This document shows, in pieces, positions 46,825-55,703 of a stretch of 64,000 nt of DNA. Source of the DNA: Planctomycetota bacterium (GTDB lineage Bacteria > Planctomycetota > GCA-002687715 > DRQF01); the NCBI GenBank assembly GCA_041402125.1, contig JAWKSY010000011.1, positions 5,977 through 69,976 of the forward strand. The letters run 5' to 3'. The number at the start of each line of letters is the position of its first letter. Within the stretch, counting starts at the first letter, position 1. Below the pieces are notes generated by a model, which was not told where the DNA came from, made no database searches, and saw nothing but the letters and a program-made list of their open reading frames with translations. Position numbers and translations under genes: made by a program.

Positions 46825-47942
46825 TCAGCGGGACGGCGCCCCTCGCGCGAGAAGGAAGACGTCGTAGCTCCCGAAGGTCTCGATCTCGCGGAAGCGCGCG
46901 CGGTGGAAGAAGCGCGCGAGGAAGCGGACGTCCTTGTGGACGAGGCTCCGGTCGGCGCGGGGATCGCGGCGGTCGCGGGGCCGGCGCAGGACGTCGTGCG
47001 GACCGAGGTGGCAGTCGGGGATCGACACGAGCACGCCGCCGCGCGGCGCGACGAGGGGGCGCAGGTCCTTGAGCAGCCGGTCGCGATCGAGCGTCGTGCA
47101 CTGGATGACGTTCAGGAGGAGGATCGCGTCGAAGCGCGGCAGGTCGAGCCCGGAGAGCTCGGCGAGGTCGCGGACGAGGAAGCGCTCCGCGTGCTCGGGA
47201 AGCGAGCGCGCGCGGCCTCGATCGCCGAGGGGGCGAGGTCGATGCCCCAGAGCTCGGCGCGGTCGTGGCCGAGGACCTCGCCCACCGCCTCGAGCTCGAG
47301 GCCGTCGTTGCAACCCAGCGCGAGCACGCGCGGCGCCTCCGGAAGCCGGAGCCGCGCGAGACCGTAGAGCAGATCGTCGAGGATCTCGGGCTCGAAGAGG
47401 CGGTCGAAGCGGCGGTAGAGCGATCCCGTGCCGTAGCGCGCCTCCGCGCGCTCGATCCCCTCGGTCTCCTCGCGCGAACCCGAGAACGCGGCGGCCGGCC
47501 GCTCGCGGGCGCCGGCGAGGACGAGCCGGGGCCGGTCGTCGCGGACCGGACGCGGCGTGAGGGGACGGAAGGGGAAGAGCCGGAGCAGCTCGAGATGCTG
47601 GCGCAGCGAGCGGTGGCGACCGCCCTCCTCGAGGACGGAGCCGGGGAAGAGGCCCGCGCGCTCCGCGATCTCGGGATCGCGATCGCACCAGACCGCGATC
47701 CCGTCGGGGGCGAGGAGGCGCGCGGCCCGATGCAGGAAGCGGCGGAGCTCCGCGGTCGTGACGTGTTCGCCGGGCGCGTCGAGGACGACGTGACCGAGCG
47801 AACCGGGGTGCGGGAGGCCCTCGAGTCCGCGCGCGAGCTCCCGGGCCGGGCCGGCGCCGAACACGCGCTCGCGCCCCGGCAGCACGAAGACCGCGCCCTC
47901 CCCCTCGAGGCCGAGCGCGGCGAGCGCCCCGGCCGGCGTCAT
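46825..47942 (-). pseudogene. SAM-dependent methyltransferase-like protein interrupted by a -1 frame change near 47197-47203 (pseudogene or 1-nt assembly deletion)
   Basis: The N-terminal part is in the phase of ORF 47112..49667 (...VLALGCNDGLELEAVGEVLGHDRAELWGIDLAPSAIEAARARF). The C-terminal part is in the phase of ORF 46825..47688 (PEHAERFLVRDLAELSGLDLPRFDAILLLNVIQ...GGVLVSIPD). The length is 3n+2. The ATG overlaps the amidase stop (ATGA). Confidence 0.55.
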
Positions 47943-49630
47943 CCGAGATCCGGCCGGCGCCGGTGGTGGTCGGTCCCGGCCTGGAAGGCGACCGCGACGG
48001 CGAGCAATGCGTCCTCGCCGAAGGTGCGTCCGACGAGGCTCAGCGTGCGCGGCTGACCGAGCCGGAACTCCACCGGCAGCACGAGGGTCGGGTGGCCGGT
48101 GAGGTTGGTGATCCCGAGCACGTCGCGGTGGTGATTGGGGGTGACGAGCACGTCGATCTCGGCGAGACGCTCCTCCATCGCGCGCATCAGGCGTCGACGC
48201 GTGCGCTGCGCCCGGATCATCTCGACCGCGGGGAGGAGACGGGCGGCGCGGAAGACGTTGGGCCAGCTCCCCTCGTCCTGTCCCGCGAGCTCGCCGAGGC
48301 GACCCTGCAGGGTGAAGTCGTCGAAGGCGGCCGCCGCCTCGGCGTTGAGGATCGTCATCAGGTCCCAGACCGGGAGCTCCGGCAGGTCGACCTCGACGAC
48401 CTCCTTCGCGGGGATCCCCGCCGCGGCCAGGAAGTCGGAGACGATCCGCCCCGCCCGCCGTCCGAGCAGGCCCGCCGGGACGCCGTACCGGAGCTTCTTC
48501 GGGTCCGGTCGCGCCGCGGTCCGCCAGGCGAAGGGCGCGTCGAGCGCGCTCGCGTCGCGCGGATCCGGGCCGGCGATCGCCTCGAGGACGAGCGCGCAGT
48601 CCTCCGCGCTCCGCGCGATGGGACCGACCTTGTCCATCGACCAGGAGAGCGCCATCACGCCGCCCCGGCCCACGCGGCCGAAGGTCGGACGCAGTCCGGT
48701 CACGCCGCAGCGCCCGCAGGGTGACACGATCGAGCCGAGGGTCTCGCTGCCGATCGCGAAGGGAAGGAGCGCCGCCGCGACGGCCGAGGCCGGTCCCGCG
48801 GAGGAACCGCTCGACCCCACGCGGGGGTCCCAGGGATTGCGGGTCACGCCCCCGAACCAGCGATCGCCCATCGCGAGCTCGCCGGTGGAGAGCTTGGCGC
48901 AGAGGACCGCCCCCGCCCGCTGGAGGCGCTCGACGACGCCGGCGTCGCGGTCGATCGTGCGGTCGCGGAAGGAGGCGACACCCCAGCTCGTGGGGGCGCC
49001 GGCCGCCGCGATGATGTCCTTCGCCCCCCAGGGAATGCCGTGGAGCGGTCCCCGATCGCGACCGGCCGCGAGCTCCGCGTCGCAGCGCCGGGCCGCGGCC
49101 CGCGCGCTCTCGGCGAGGAGGGTCACGGTGCAGAGGAGCGTGGGGTTCGCCCGCTCCAGTCGCTCGAGCGCGACCTCGACGAGGTGGCGGGAGCTGACGC
49201 GACCGGCGCGGAGGAGCGCACCCAGCTCGGAGACCGAGCGCGTGAAGAGGTCCTCGTCCGACACCTTCTCCGGCGGCGCCGGCGCGCGCCAGGGAGTCGT
49301 CGGGGGTTCGACCGGCCGCGGCGCGCCGAGCGGCCGGAAGATCGTCGCCGGCGCGTCCTCCTCGCCGAGGGCGACCTCGCGCACCCGGAGAAAACCGTCG
49401 CGCGCCCGGCGCAGCGTCGCGAGCATCATCCCGCGCTCCGCCGGGGTGAACTCCAGCCCCGCCAGCGCGGCTCCGCCGCGGATCGCCGCGTCGTCGACCG
49501 AGTCGTCGGATCCGCGACCGGTGCCGACGAGATCGTCGAGCTCCGTCAGCGCGCCCGGAAGGGCCGGCCAGGCGCCCAGGGAGAGCATCCGGGCGAGCGC
49601 GGCGCGGCGGTCGGGGTGGGAACCGGTCAC
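47939..49630 (-). CDS. Amidase-signature family amidase, possibly Tat-exported
   Basis: GIPWGAKDII and GGSSGSSAGPASAVAA-type signature (RVGSSGSSAGPASAVAAALLPFAIGSETLGSIVSP). The GTG start at 49630 gives SHPDRRAALARMLSLGAWPALPGA (twin-Arg-like). An alternative ATG lies at 49588. Confidence 0.75.
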   Translation of the reverse strand: MTGSHPDRRAALARMLSLGAWPALPGALTELDDLVGTGRGSDDSVDDAAIRGGAALAGLEFTPAERGMMLATLRRARDGFLRVREVALGEEDAPATIFRPLGAPRPVEPPTTPWRAPAPPEKVSDEDLFTRSVSELGALLRAGRVSSRHLVEVALERLERANPTLLCTVTLLAESARAAARRCDAELAAGRDRGPLHGIPWGAKDIIAAAGAPTSWGVASFRDRTIDRDAGVVERLQRAGAVLCAKLSTGELAMGDRWFGGVTRNPWDPRVGSSGSSAGPASAVAAALLPFAIGSETLGSIVSPCGRCGVTGLRPTFGRVGRGGVMALSWSMDKVGPIARSAEDCALVLEAIAGPDPRDASALDAPFAWRTAARPDPKKLRYGVPAGLLGRRAGRIVSDFLAAAGIPAKEVVEVDLPELPVWDLMTILNAEAAAAFDDFTLQGRLGELAGQDEGSWPNVFRAARLLPAVEMIRAQRTRRRLMRAMEERLAEIDVLVTPNHHRDVLGITNLTGHPTLVLPVEFRLGQPRTLSLVGRTFGEDALLAVAVAFQAGTDHHRRRPDLG

Positions 49631-49761
49631 CGGTCTGTATCCGTTTCGGGGTGAGGGCCGAGGACACGGGGACAATCTGGGAAAAGCTCCGGGACGGAAC
49701 CCCGATGCCTTAGTCTCACCCCGTCCTTGAGCCCGAAGCGTCTGCCGGAGGCGAGAGCGCC

Positions 49762-49986
49762 GTGTTTCCCAGCCGATCGAACAACGTCGCCTCGGGCCGA
49801 GCCCGCGGCCTCCGCCATCTCCTCGCCGATCTCGGCGCGGGAGAGACCGACCACCGCGAGTCCTTCGCGGACTGGATCCTCGCCGCCGAGGGCGGGCAGG
49901 ACCAGATCCGCCGCGCGCGGCTGAAACGCGAGATCGTCGAGCTGCTGGGCAGCGCCCCGCCGCCGCGCCGGGCCGAGCTCGGCTGA
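49762..49986 (+). CDS. Small hypothetical protein (74 aa)
   Basis: GC3 is about 90% in this phase, against about 70% for the overlapping antisense phase. GTG start with GGAGG 10 nt upstream. I recognise no family. Confidence 0.4.
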   Translation: MFPSRSNNVASGRARGLRHLLADLGAGETDHRESFADWILAAEGGQDQIRRARLKREIVELLGSAPPPRRAELG

Positions 49987-50021
49987 CCCCGCCCCCTCGA
50001 TCGAAGTCCCGCCCCCGCCCG

Positions 50022-51692
50022 TCACGCCCGTGACGCTCCGCGCGCGCCCAGCCGCAGCGTGGCCCCGGACTGGAACTCCTGATCCCCCTCGTCGGCCCGC
50101 GACGCCGCCGGCGCCCCACGGTCCGGGAGATGCTTGTCCCACCAGGTCCGCGCGACCTCCGCGTTCCACATCGCCGCGCCCCGCAGCCCCGTCAGCCGCT
50201 CCAGGAAGGCCTCGGCCGTGGCCGGACGCGCGGCGGGATCCTTGGCGAGCCCGTCCAGGATGAGGGCCTCGAGATCCTCCGGGACCGCCTTCCCGAGCCG
50301 CGCCGAGGGCGCCTCCGGTGACTCGGAGACGTGCTGCCGCATGACCTCCTTCACCGTGCGCCCCTGGAAGACGTGCGTTCCGGTGAGCAGGAAGTACCCG
50401 ACGGCGGCGAGGGCGTAGATGTCCGCGCGGGCGTCGACCTCGTCGCGGGCGACGATCGACTCCGGAGCGAGGTAGCGCGGCGTCCCGAGGATCCCCTCCT
50501 CGTCGGCGTCCTCGTCCTCGGCCGCCTTCACGAGACCGAAGTCGAGGACCTTGACGGTGTCGTCGCGGCCGCCGCGATTGCAGAGGAAGATGTTCGCGGG
50601 CTTCACGTCGCGATGCACGAGTCCGCGCGCGTGGGCCTCCCCGAGCGAGCCCGCGGCCTGGGCGAGGATGTGGATCACGCGACCCGGATACTGCGGTCCG
50701 AAGCGCCGCACGAGCGAGGAGAGATCGAGCCCCGAGAGGAGCTCCATGGCGTAGTAGAAGATCCCGTCCTCGGTCTTGCCGTAGTCGTAGATCGCCACGG
50801 TGTTGGGGTGGGTGAGCTCGCTGGTGAGCTGCACCTCCCGCTCGAAGCGCCGGATGTCGTCCTCGTCGATCCGCTCGGGGGCGAGGATCTTCACCGCGCA
50901 GGGGCGGCGGAGCAGGCGGTGCGAGGCGCGGAAGACCGCCCCCATCCCGCCGGCGCCGATCCTCTCGCGCAGCGTGTACTGACCGAGTTCCTGGGCGTCG
51001 CGGACCTCGCGGCGCAGACCGTGGATCACCCGGCACACGACGACGGAGAGGATCAGCGAGATCAGGGACCACGAGAGGAAGAAGGCGAAGCGAAGGATGC
51101 CGTCCGGTCGCGAGGAGGCGAAGCCGAAACCCTCGTGCGCGACGAGAGGGAGGCCCGTCGCGACGGCGGCGAAGAGGGCGAGGCCGACCGCGCTGCGCGG
51201 GAGCGCCGGCACGAGCACCGAGCGCAGCACGAGGAGATTGGAGGCGGCGAGGATCGCGTGGTGCTCCTGGCCGGGAATGAAGCGCTCCCACCAGGCGTAG
51301 GCCGAGCAGACCGCCGCGATCGCCATCGTGCCGCCGACGTCGAGCACCTGGAGCGTGCGGGCGCCGAACCGGACGCGACCCAGGACGACGACGAACGACA
51401 GGTTGAGCGCGATCTGGAGGAAGTTGATCAGGTTCGCCGGGCCGAGGAACCACTCGCCCAGCGGCCGCGGTTCCTTGGCGATGCGCGCGAGGTTGGCGAG
51501 GGTGAAGAAGACCGCGCCCAGCGCGAGAACGATCGCGTGCAGGAGCCGGATGCGCTTCTGGAAGGTGCGCGGGCGCACGCCGCCGGGGAGGCTGGTCGAG
51601 GCCCGGCTCTCCCGCTCGGCCGCGCCGACGCGCGTCTCCATCTCCGCGATGTCCATCGCTCCTCCTCGTCCCCGTCCCGGCGGCGCGCTCAC
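50022..51692 (-). CDS. Ser/Thr protein kinase with an N-terminal polytopic membrane domain
   Basis: About 6 TM helices, then GAGGMGAVFRA, AVKIL, HRDVKPANIFL, DFGLV and GTPRYLAPE. An internal ATG at 51656 with GGAGGAG upstream is a likely alternative start. Confidence 0.85.
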   Translation of the reverse strand: MSAPPGRGRGGAMDIAEMETRVGAAERESRASTSLPGGVRPRTFQKRIRLLHAIVLALGAVFFTLANLARIAKEPRPLGEWFLGPANLINFLQIALNLSFVVVLGRVRFGARTLQVLDVGGTMAIAAVCSAYAWWERFIPGQEHHAILAASNLLVLRSVLVPALPRSAVGLALFAAVATGLPLVAHEGFGFASSRPDGILRFAFFLSWSLISLILSVVVCRVIHGLRREVRDAQELGQYTLRERIGAGGMGAVFRASHRLLRRPCAVKILAPERIDEDDIRRFEREVQLTSELTHPNTVAIYDYGKTEDGIFYYAMELLSGLDLSSLVRRFGPQYPGRVIHILAQAAGSLGEAHARGLVHRDVKPANIFLCNRGGRDDTVKVLDFGLVKAAEDEDADEEGILGTPRYLAPESIVARDEVDARADIYALAAVGYFLLTGTHVFQGRTVKEVMRQHVSESPEAPSARLGKAVPEDLEALILDGLAKDPAARPATAEAFLERLTGLRGAAMWNAEVARTWWDKHLPDRGAPAASRADEGDQEFQSGATLRLGARGASRA

Positions 51693-51698
51693 CGGCGC

Positions 51699-53555
51699 TC
51701 AGAATCCGAAGTAGCGGCGCGCGTCCTCGAGTCTCTCGGCCGGCCCGAGGATCAGCACCCCGAGCCGGGCTCCCGCCGCACCGAGCGCGGCGAGGTGGTC
51801 CCGGTCGAGATGGAACTCGCCCCGCCCGTTCGCGTCGAGACGCAGAGTAACCCGCGACGGCGCCTCCCGCAGGATCGCGAGGGATCGCGTCCAGATCTCG
51901 TCGCGACGGAAGGGGACGGTCACCTCCCCGAGCCGGATCCCCTCCCCCGCCCCGGCGGGGCGTCCCGCCACGAGGGCGACGAGGCACTCGGCGTAGGCCG
52001 GGGCGCTCAGGTCGAGTTTCAGGCCTCCGTCCCGGAGCGGTTCGTCGAACGCGGAGAACTCCGGCGGCCGCCATTCCTCGAGGCGCAGGGGCTGATCCGC
52101 CCCGCGCCGCGCCGCGGGATCGAAGCGTTCCAGGAAGGGGTCGGCGAGGTTCCGGAGCCGGCCCGCGGGAACCTCGAGTCGGGTCTCGGGGCGGAAGCCC
52201 TCGGCGCGCAAGGCTTCGCGCAGCGGAGCCGAGCCGGCCTCGTTCGCGGTGAGGACGGAGCGTCCGTGCGCCGCCGCGGTCCGCGCGAGCGGGAGCGCGG
52301 CGGGGTCCCGGACGTCGATCACGAGGGCGCCCGGCGCCTCGCGCTCGTACCACATGCGCACCGGACCGCCGACGAAGACCGCGCCCTCCGGCGCCGCCTC
52401 GGCCGCCCGACGCGCCGCCTCGCGCACGAAGGAGAGCCGCGCGTGGAGATCGCGGAGTCCGGGCAGCCCGGCCGCGAGCTGGACCCCGACCAGGGCCGCG
52501 GCGAGGAGACCGGCGGCGACGGATCCGCGGCGCCGGGCGACGGCGACGAGCAGCGCGGGCGCGGCGAACGCGAGCAGGAGCATCAGCGGCAGGAGATAGC
52601 GGAACTCGTACCCGGCGCGGTTGACGGCGACCGCCGCGAGGTAGGCGAGGCCGAGGGCCAGCGCGAGCGCCCCCCGCCGCCGCGCCGCCCCTGCGCTCCC
52701 CGCGAGCAGGAGCCCCAGCCCGAGGACGCCGACCAGCGCGGTGAGGGGACCGAGTCCCCGCGCGAGGCTCGTCGCCCAGATCGGCACGAGCTCGCCGAGA
52801 CGATCGAGGCCGAGCACGTCGAGCCGGTTGTCGCCCACGCGGCGGCCGAGGATCTCCAGGGTCCGCGCGGCGCCGTGTTCCCGGAGGACCCGCGCCGCGA
52901 GGAGGACCGGCGGAACGAGCGCGGCGCCCGCGAAGGCCGCGAGCCGCCGGCGGCGCTCCGTCGCGCCCGGGCCCGCGACGAGGACGACGAGGATCGGCAG
53001 GAAGGGGAGCGCGGAGACGCGGACCCCGAGGGCGCAGCCCCAGAGGATCCCGGCCGCGAGCGCACCCGAGGCGCGGGGCCGCAGCGCGAGAAGCACGGCC
53101 AGCGCGACGAGGCCGTGCCCGGTGACGTCCGACATCGCGTCCTGATCGAGCCACAAGAGGGCCGGCAGGGTCGCCACGAGCGCCGCGGCTCCGAGGCCGA
53201 CGAGGACTCCTCCGCGGCGCGTCCAGACGCCGGCCGCCGCGAGGACGAGGACCCCGTGCATCGTCAGCGAGAGCGCTCGATGCGCGGACGCCGCGTTTCC
53301 GGTGAGGCGCGAGACGCCGGCCGCGAGCAGGTAGAAGAGCGGGTGGAACCACTCGAGGGGCGCGAGCCGCAGCTCACCTCCGGCCGCGGCCTCCGCCCGC
53401 CCGAGGTAGTGCACCGCGTCGCCGTGCGCGGTGCCGGCGTGCGGCCAGAGCAGCGCGAGGCCGGTGGGAAGGAAGGCGAGCGCGAGGGCGGCCGCCCGCG
53501 CGGCGACGCTCGATCCGCCGCCCCGGCCGGGCGCGGTCACGGCGCTCGTCTTCAC
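51699..53555 (-). CDS. Polytopic glycosyltransferase-like membrane protein (GT39/GT83, ArnT/PMT-like) with a soluble C-terminal domain
   Basis: About 10 hydrophobic helices, with the overall layout of dolichyl/undecaprenyl-phosphate-sugar transferases. The GTG start at 53555 is chosen from where the coding pattern begins. The upstream part of track ORF ..55238 is a shadow of the S10 gene region. Confidence 0.5.
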   Translation of the reverse strand: MKTSAVTAPGRGGGSSVAARAAALALAFLPTGLALLWPHAGTAHGDAVHYLGRAEAAAGGELRLAPLEWFHPLFYLLAAGVSRLTGNAASAHRALSLTMHGVLVLAAAGVWTRRGGVLVGLGAAALVATLPALLWLDQDAMSDVTGHGLVALAVLLALRPRASGALAAGILWGCALGVRVSALPFLPILVVLVAGPGATERRRRLAAFAGAALVPPVLLAARVLREHGAARTLEILGRRVGDNRLDVLGLDRLGELVPIWATSLARGLGPLTALVGVLGLGLLLAGSAGAARRRGALALALGLAYLAAVAVNRAGYEFRYLLPLMLLLAFAAPALLVAVARRRGSVAAGLLAAALVGVQLAAGLPGLRDLHARLSFVREAARRAAEAAPEGAVFVGGPVRMWYEREAPGALVIDVRDPAALPLARTAAAHGRSVLTANEAGSAPLREALRAEGFRPETRLEVPAGRLRNLADPFLERFDPAARRGADQPLRLEEWRPPEFSAFDEPLRDGGLKLDLSAPAYAECLVALVAGRPAGAGEGIRLGEVTVPFRRDEIWTRSLAILREAPSRVTLRLDANGRGEFHLDRDHLAALGAAGARLGVLILGPAERLEDARRYFGF

Positions 53556-53726
53556 CTGAGCCCCCCATCCGGACCGACCGGGGCGGAAAACGCCCCCGGG
53601 CGAGAGTTTCGCGTGAAGACGCGGTGAGGTCTCGACGGGGCGGGGAGGAAGACCGGTGCCGGACGGGTAGCGTGTCGCTCGGAGCTCGCCGAGCTCGTCC
53701 CAGGTCCCCGAACAAGGAATCCGCCC

Positions 53727-54056
53727 ATGATCACTTCGCGCTTCACGACCATCGCCCTGGCCCTCGTCCTCTCCCTCGGTCTCGGCGTCGCCTGCTCGAG
53801 CGATGGCGACATGAACGACGGCATGAGCGACGAGAGCTCGATGTCCTCCATGGCATCCTACGACCGCGCCGGCTTCAAGACCTTCGTCGTCGACGGCCGT
53901 CTCTGGGTCTTCCGCGAGGGCAGCGAGGCGCTCATGGAGTACGAGAAGGTCGGCGAGCCGGCCAAGCTCGTCACCCGCATCGGCGAGGGCCCCGAGGGCA
54001 TGACGATCCGCTCGGACTCCGGCGAGACGATCGACGCCTACCTGGCCGCCCGCTGA
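53727..54056 (+). CDS. Small lipoprotein, hypothetical
   Basis: Lipobox LGVAC. Ser/Asp/Met-rich linker, then FKTFVVDGRLWVFREGSEAL. Confidence 0.6.
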   Translation: MITSRFTTIALALVLSLGLGVACSSDGDMNDGMSDESSMSSMASYDRAGFKTFVVDGRLWVFREGSEALMEYEKVGEPAKLVTRIGEGPEGMTIRSDSGETIDAYLAAR

Positions 54057-54136
54057 GGTCCGCGGCGGCGACGCCCGCGCGCTGAGGTCGGCGGCGGCGA
54101 CGCCCGACCGCCGCCGGGCGCCGGGCGCGCCGCCGG

Positions 54137-55648
54137 TCAACGCGGCAGGCGCGGGACGGTGCGCAGGAAGGACTGCCAGTCCCGCTGCAGCGCCTCGAGC
54201 GAGGGCCGGTGCACGTACATCATGTGCCCGGCGTCGTAGAAGGTCGACCGGACGTTGCCGCGGAGCGTGGGGTCCAGCCCCATGTGCGACAGCGTGTAGT
54301 CCATCGCGAAGTAGGGCGTCGCGAGATCGAAGCGCCCGCTCGCGACCCAGACCCGCAGCGCGGGATTCCGCGTCATCGCCGCCCGCAGGGTCTCCGCCAC
54401 GTTGAGGTAGCGGTTCTTCGCGCGATCGTAGCTCCAGGGCTGCACCGCTCCCGTCAGGATGCGGTACTCCCGGTCGCACACGAATCCGAGCTCCTCGCGG
54501 ACGTAGGCGTTGAGCGCCGCGGTGTAGGGACCGGTGATCGCGGACAGGCTCGGATCGTAGTCGGGCGCGGCGTCGTTCCCGTCGCGGTCGATGCCGAGAT
54601 AGCGCGAGTCCAGCCGTCCCACCGTCTTCCCCGCGTCGCGCATCAGCTCCTTCGTGAAGCGCGACATCGTGACCCGCAGGCCGGCGCGCTCGACGAAGTC
54701 GGCCGGGAGTCCGGTGAGGCGGGCGTACTCGGCCACCACCGCGCGCCGGCGTTCCTCGCCGAGCCGGTCGCCGAGGGCGAGCGCGGACCAGTACTCCCCG
54801 AGGGCGAAGGACTCCGCGCGCGCGAGCGTCGCGCCGAGGTCGCGCTGCAGTTCCTCGTCGAGCCGCCCGTGGTGGAAGGCGGTGGCGACGTAGGTGGGCA
54901 GGAAGAGCGGATACGGGAGGTCGTTGCCGACGTCGAAGCGCGCGGTCGAGAAGTCGAGGATCGGCGAGATCAGGCAGATCCCGTTGACGTACAGGTCGAG
55001 GTTCTCCTGGAGATACCCCGACAGCCCGGCCGCCCGCGTCGTGCCGTAGCTCTCGCCGGCGAGGAACTTCGCCGAGGTCCAGCGCTGGTTCCGCGTCACC
55101 CAGAGGCGGATGAAGTCGCCGACGGAGGAGACGTCCTCGTCGACGCCCCAGAACTCCTTCCCCGAGACGCCTTCGGCCGGCCGGCTGTAGCCGGTCCCGA
55201 CCGGATCGATGAAGACGAGGTCGCTCTCGATCAGCCACGTGAAGGGATTGTCGACGAGGCGTCCGGGAGGCGGGAGCGCGGCGCCGTCGTCGGTCATGAG
55301 GACGCGCTTGGGCCCCACCGCGCCGAGGTGGAGCCAGACGCTCGAGGAGCCGGGGCCTCCGTTGAAGACGAAGGTCACCGGGCGGGGCTCGCCCTCCGGC
55401 GCCGGCACCGTGTAGGCGACGTGGAAGACCTCGGCGCGCGCCTTGCCGGCGTCGTCCCGCAGGACCATCGTCCCGCAGGCCACGTCGTAGCCGAGACGCT
55501 TGCCGCCGCCGAGGGCGATCGACTGCGAGCTCCGCACGATGTGATCGGCGAGCTCGTTCGGCTTCGCCGGGGCCTCGGGCGACTGCCCGCGTCCGACGGA
55601 CGCGAGGAGGGCGATCAGGGCGATCGCGGGCAAGAGCACGGTCTTCAT
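54137..55648 (-). CDS. Secreted serine carboxypeptidase (peptidase S10-like)
   Basis: Signal peptide. FNGGPGSSSVWLHLG and the nucleophile motif LAGESYGTT. Confidence 0.75.
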   Translation of the reverse strand: MKTVLLPAIALIALLASVGRGQSPEAPAKPNELADHIVRSSQSIALGGGKRLGYDVACGTMVLRDDAGKARAEVFHVAYTVPAPEGEPRPVTFVFNGGPGSSSVWLHLGAVGPKRVLMTDDGAALPPPGRLVDNPFTWLIESDLVFIDPVGTGYSRPAEGVSGKEFWGVDEDVSSVGDFIRLWVTRNQRWTSAKFLAGESYGTTRAAGLSGYLQENLDLYVNGICLISPILDFSTARFDVGNDLPYPLFLPTYVATAFHHGRLDEELQRDLGATLARAESFALGEYWSALALGDRLGEERRRAVVAEYARLTGLPADFVERAGLRVTMSRFTKELMRDAGKTVGRLDSRYLGIDRDGNDAAPDYDPSLSAITGPYTAALNAYVREELGFVCDREYRILTGAVQPWSYDRAKNRYLNVAETLRAAMTRNPALRVWVASGRFDLATPYFAMDYTLSHMGLDPTLRGNVRSTFYDAGHMMYVHRPSLEALQRDWQSFLRTVPRLPR

Positions 55649-55703
55649 CGGTCTCGTCTCCGGCTTCGCGACCGGCAGGGGGCCGCCTTCCCTTCCCGCC
55701 GCG

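Noticed and set aside
49627-53627. ORFs 49627..53352 (1241 aa) and 50331..53627 (1098 aa)
   Set aside because: They are shadow frames over the kinase and glycosyltransferase-like genes. Their translations are Arg/Gly/Pro-rich junk with no motifs.
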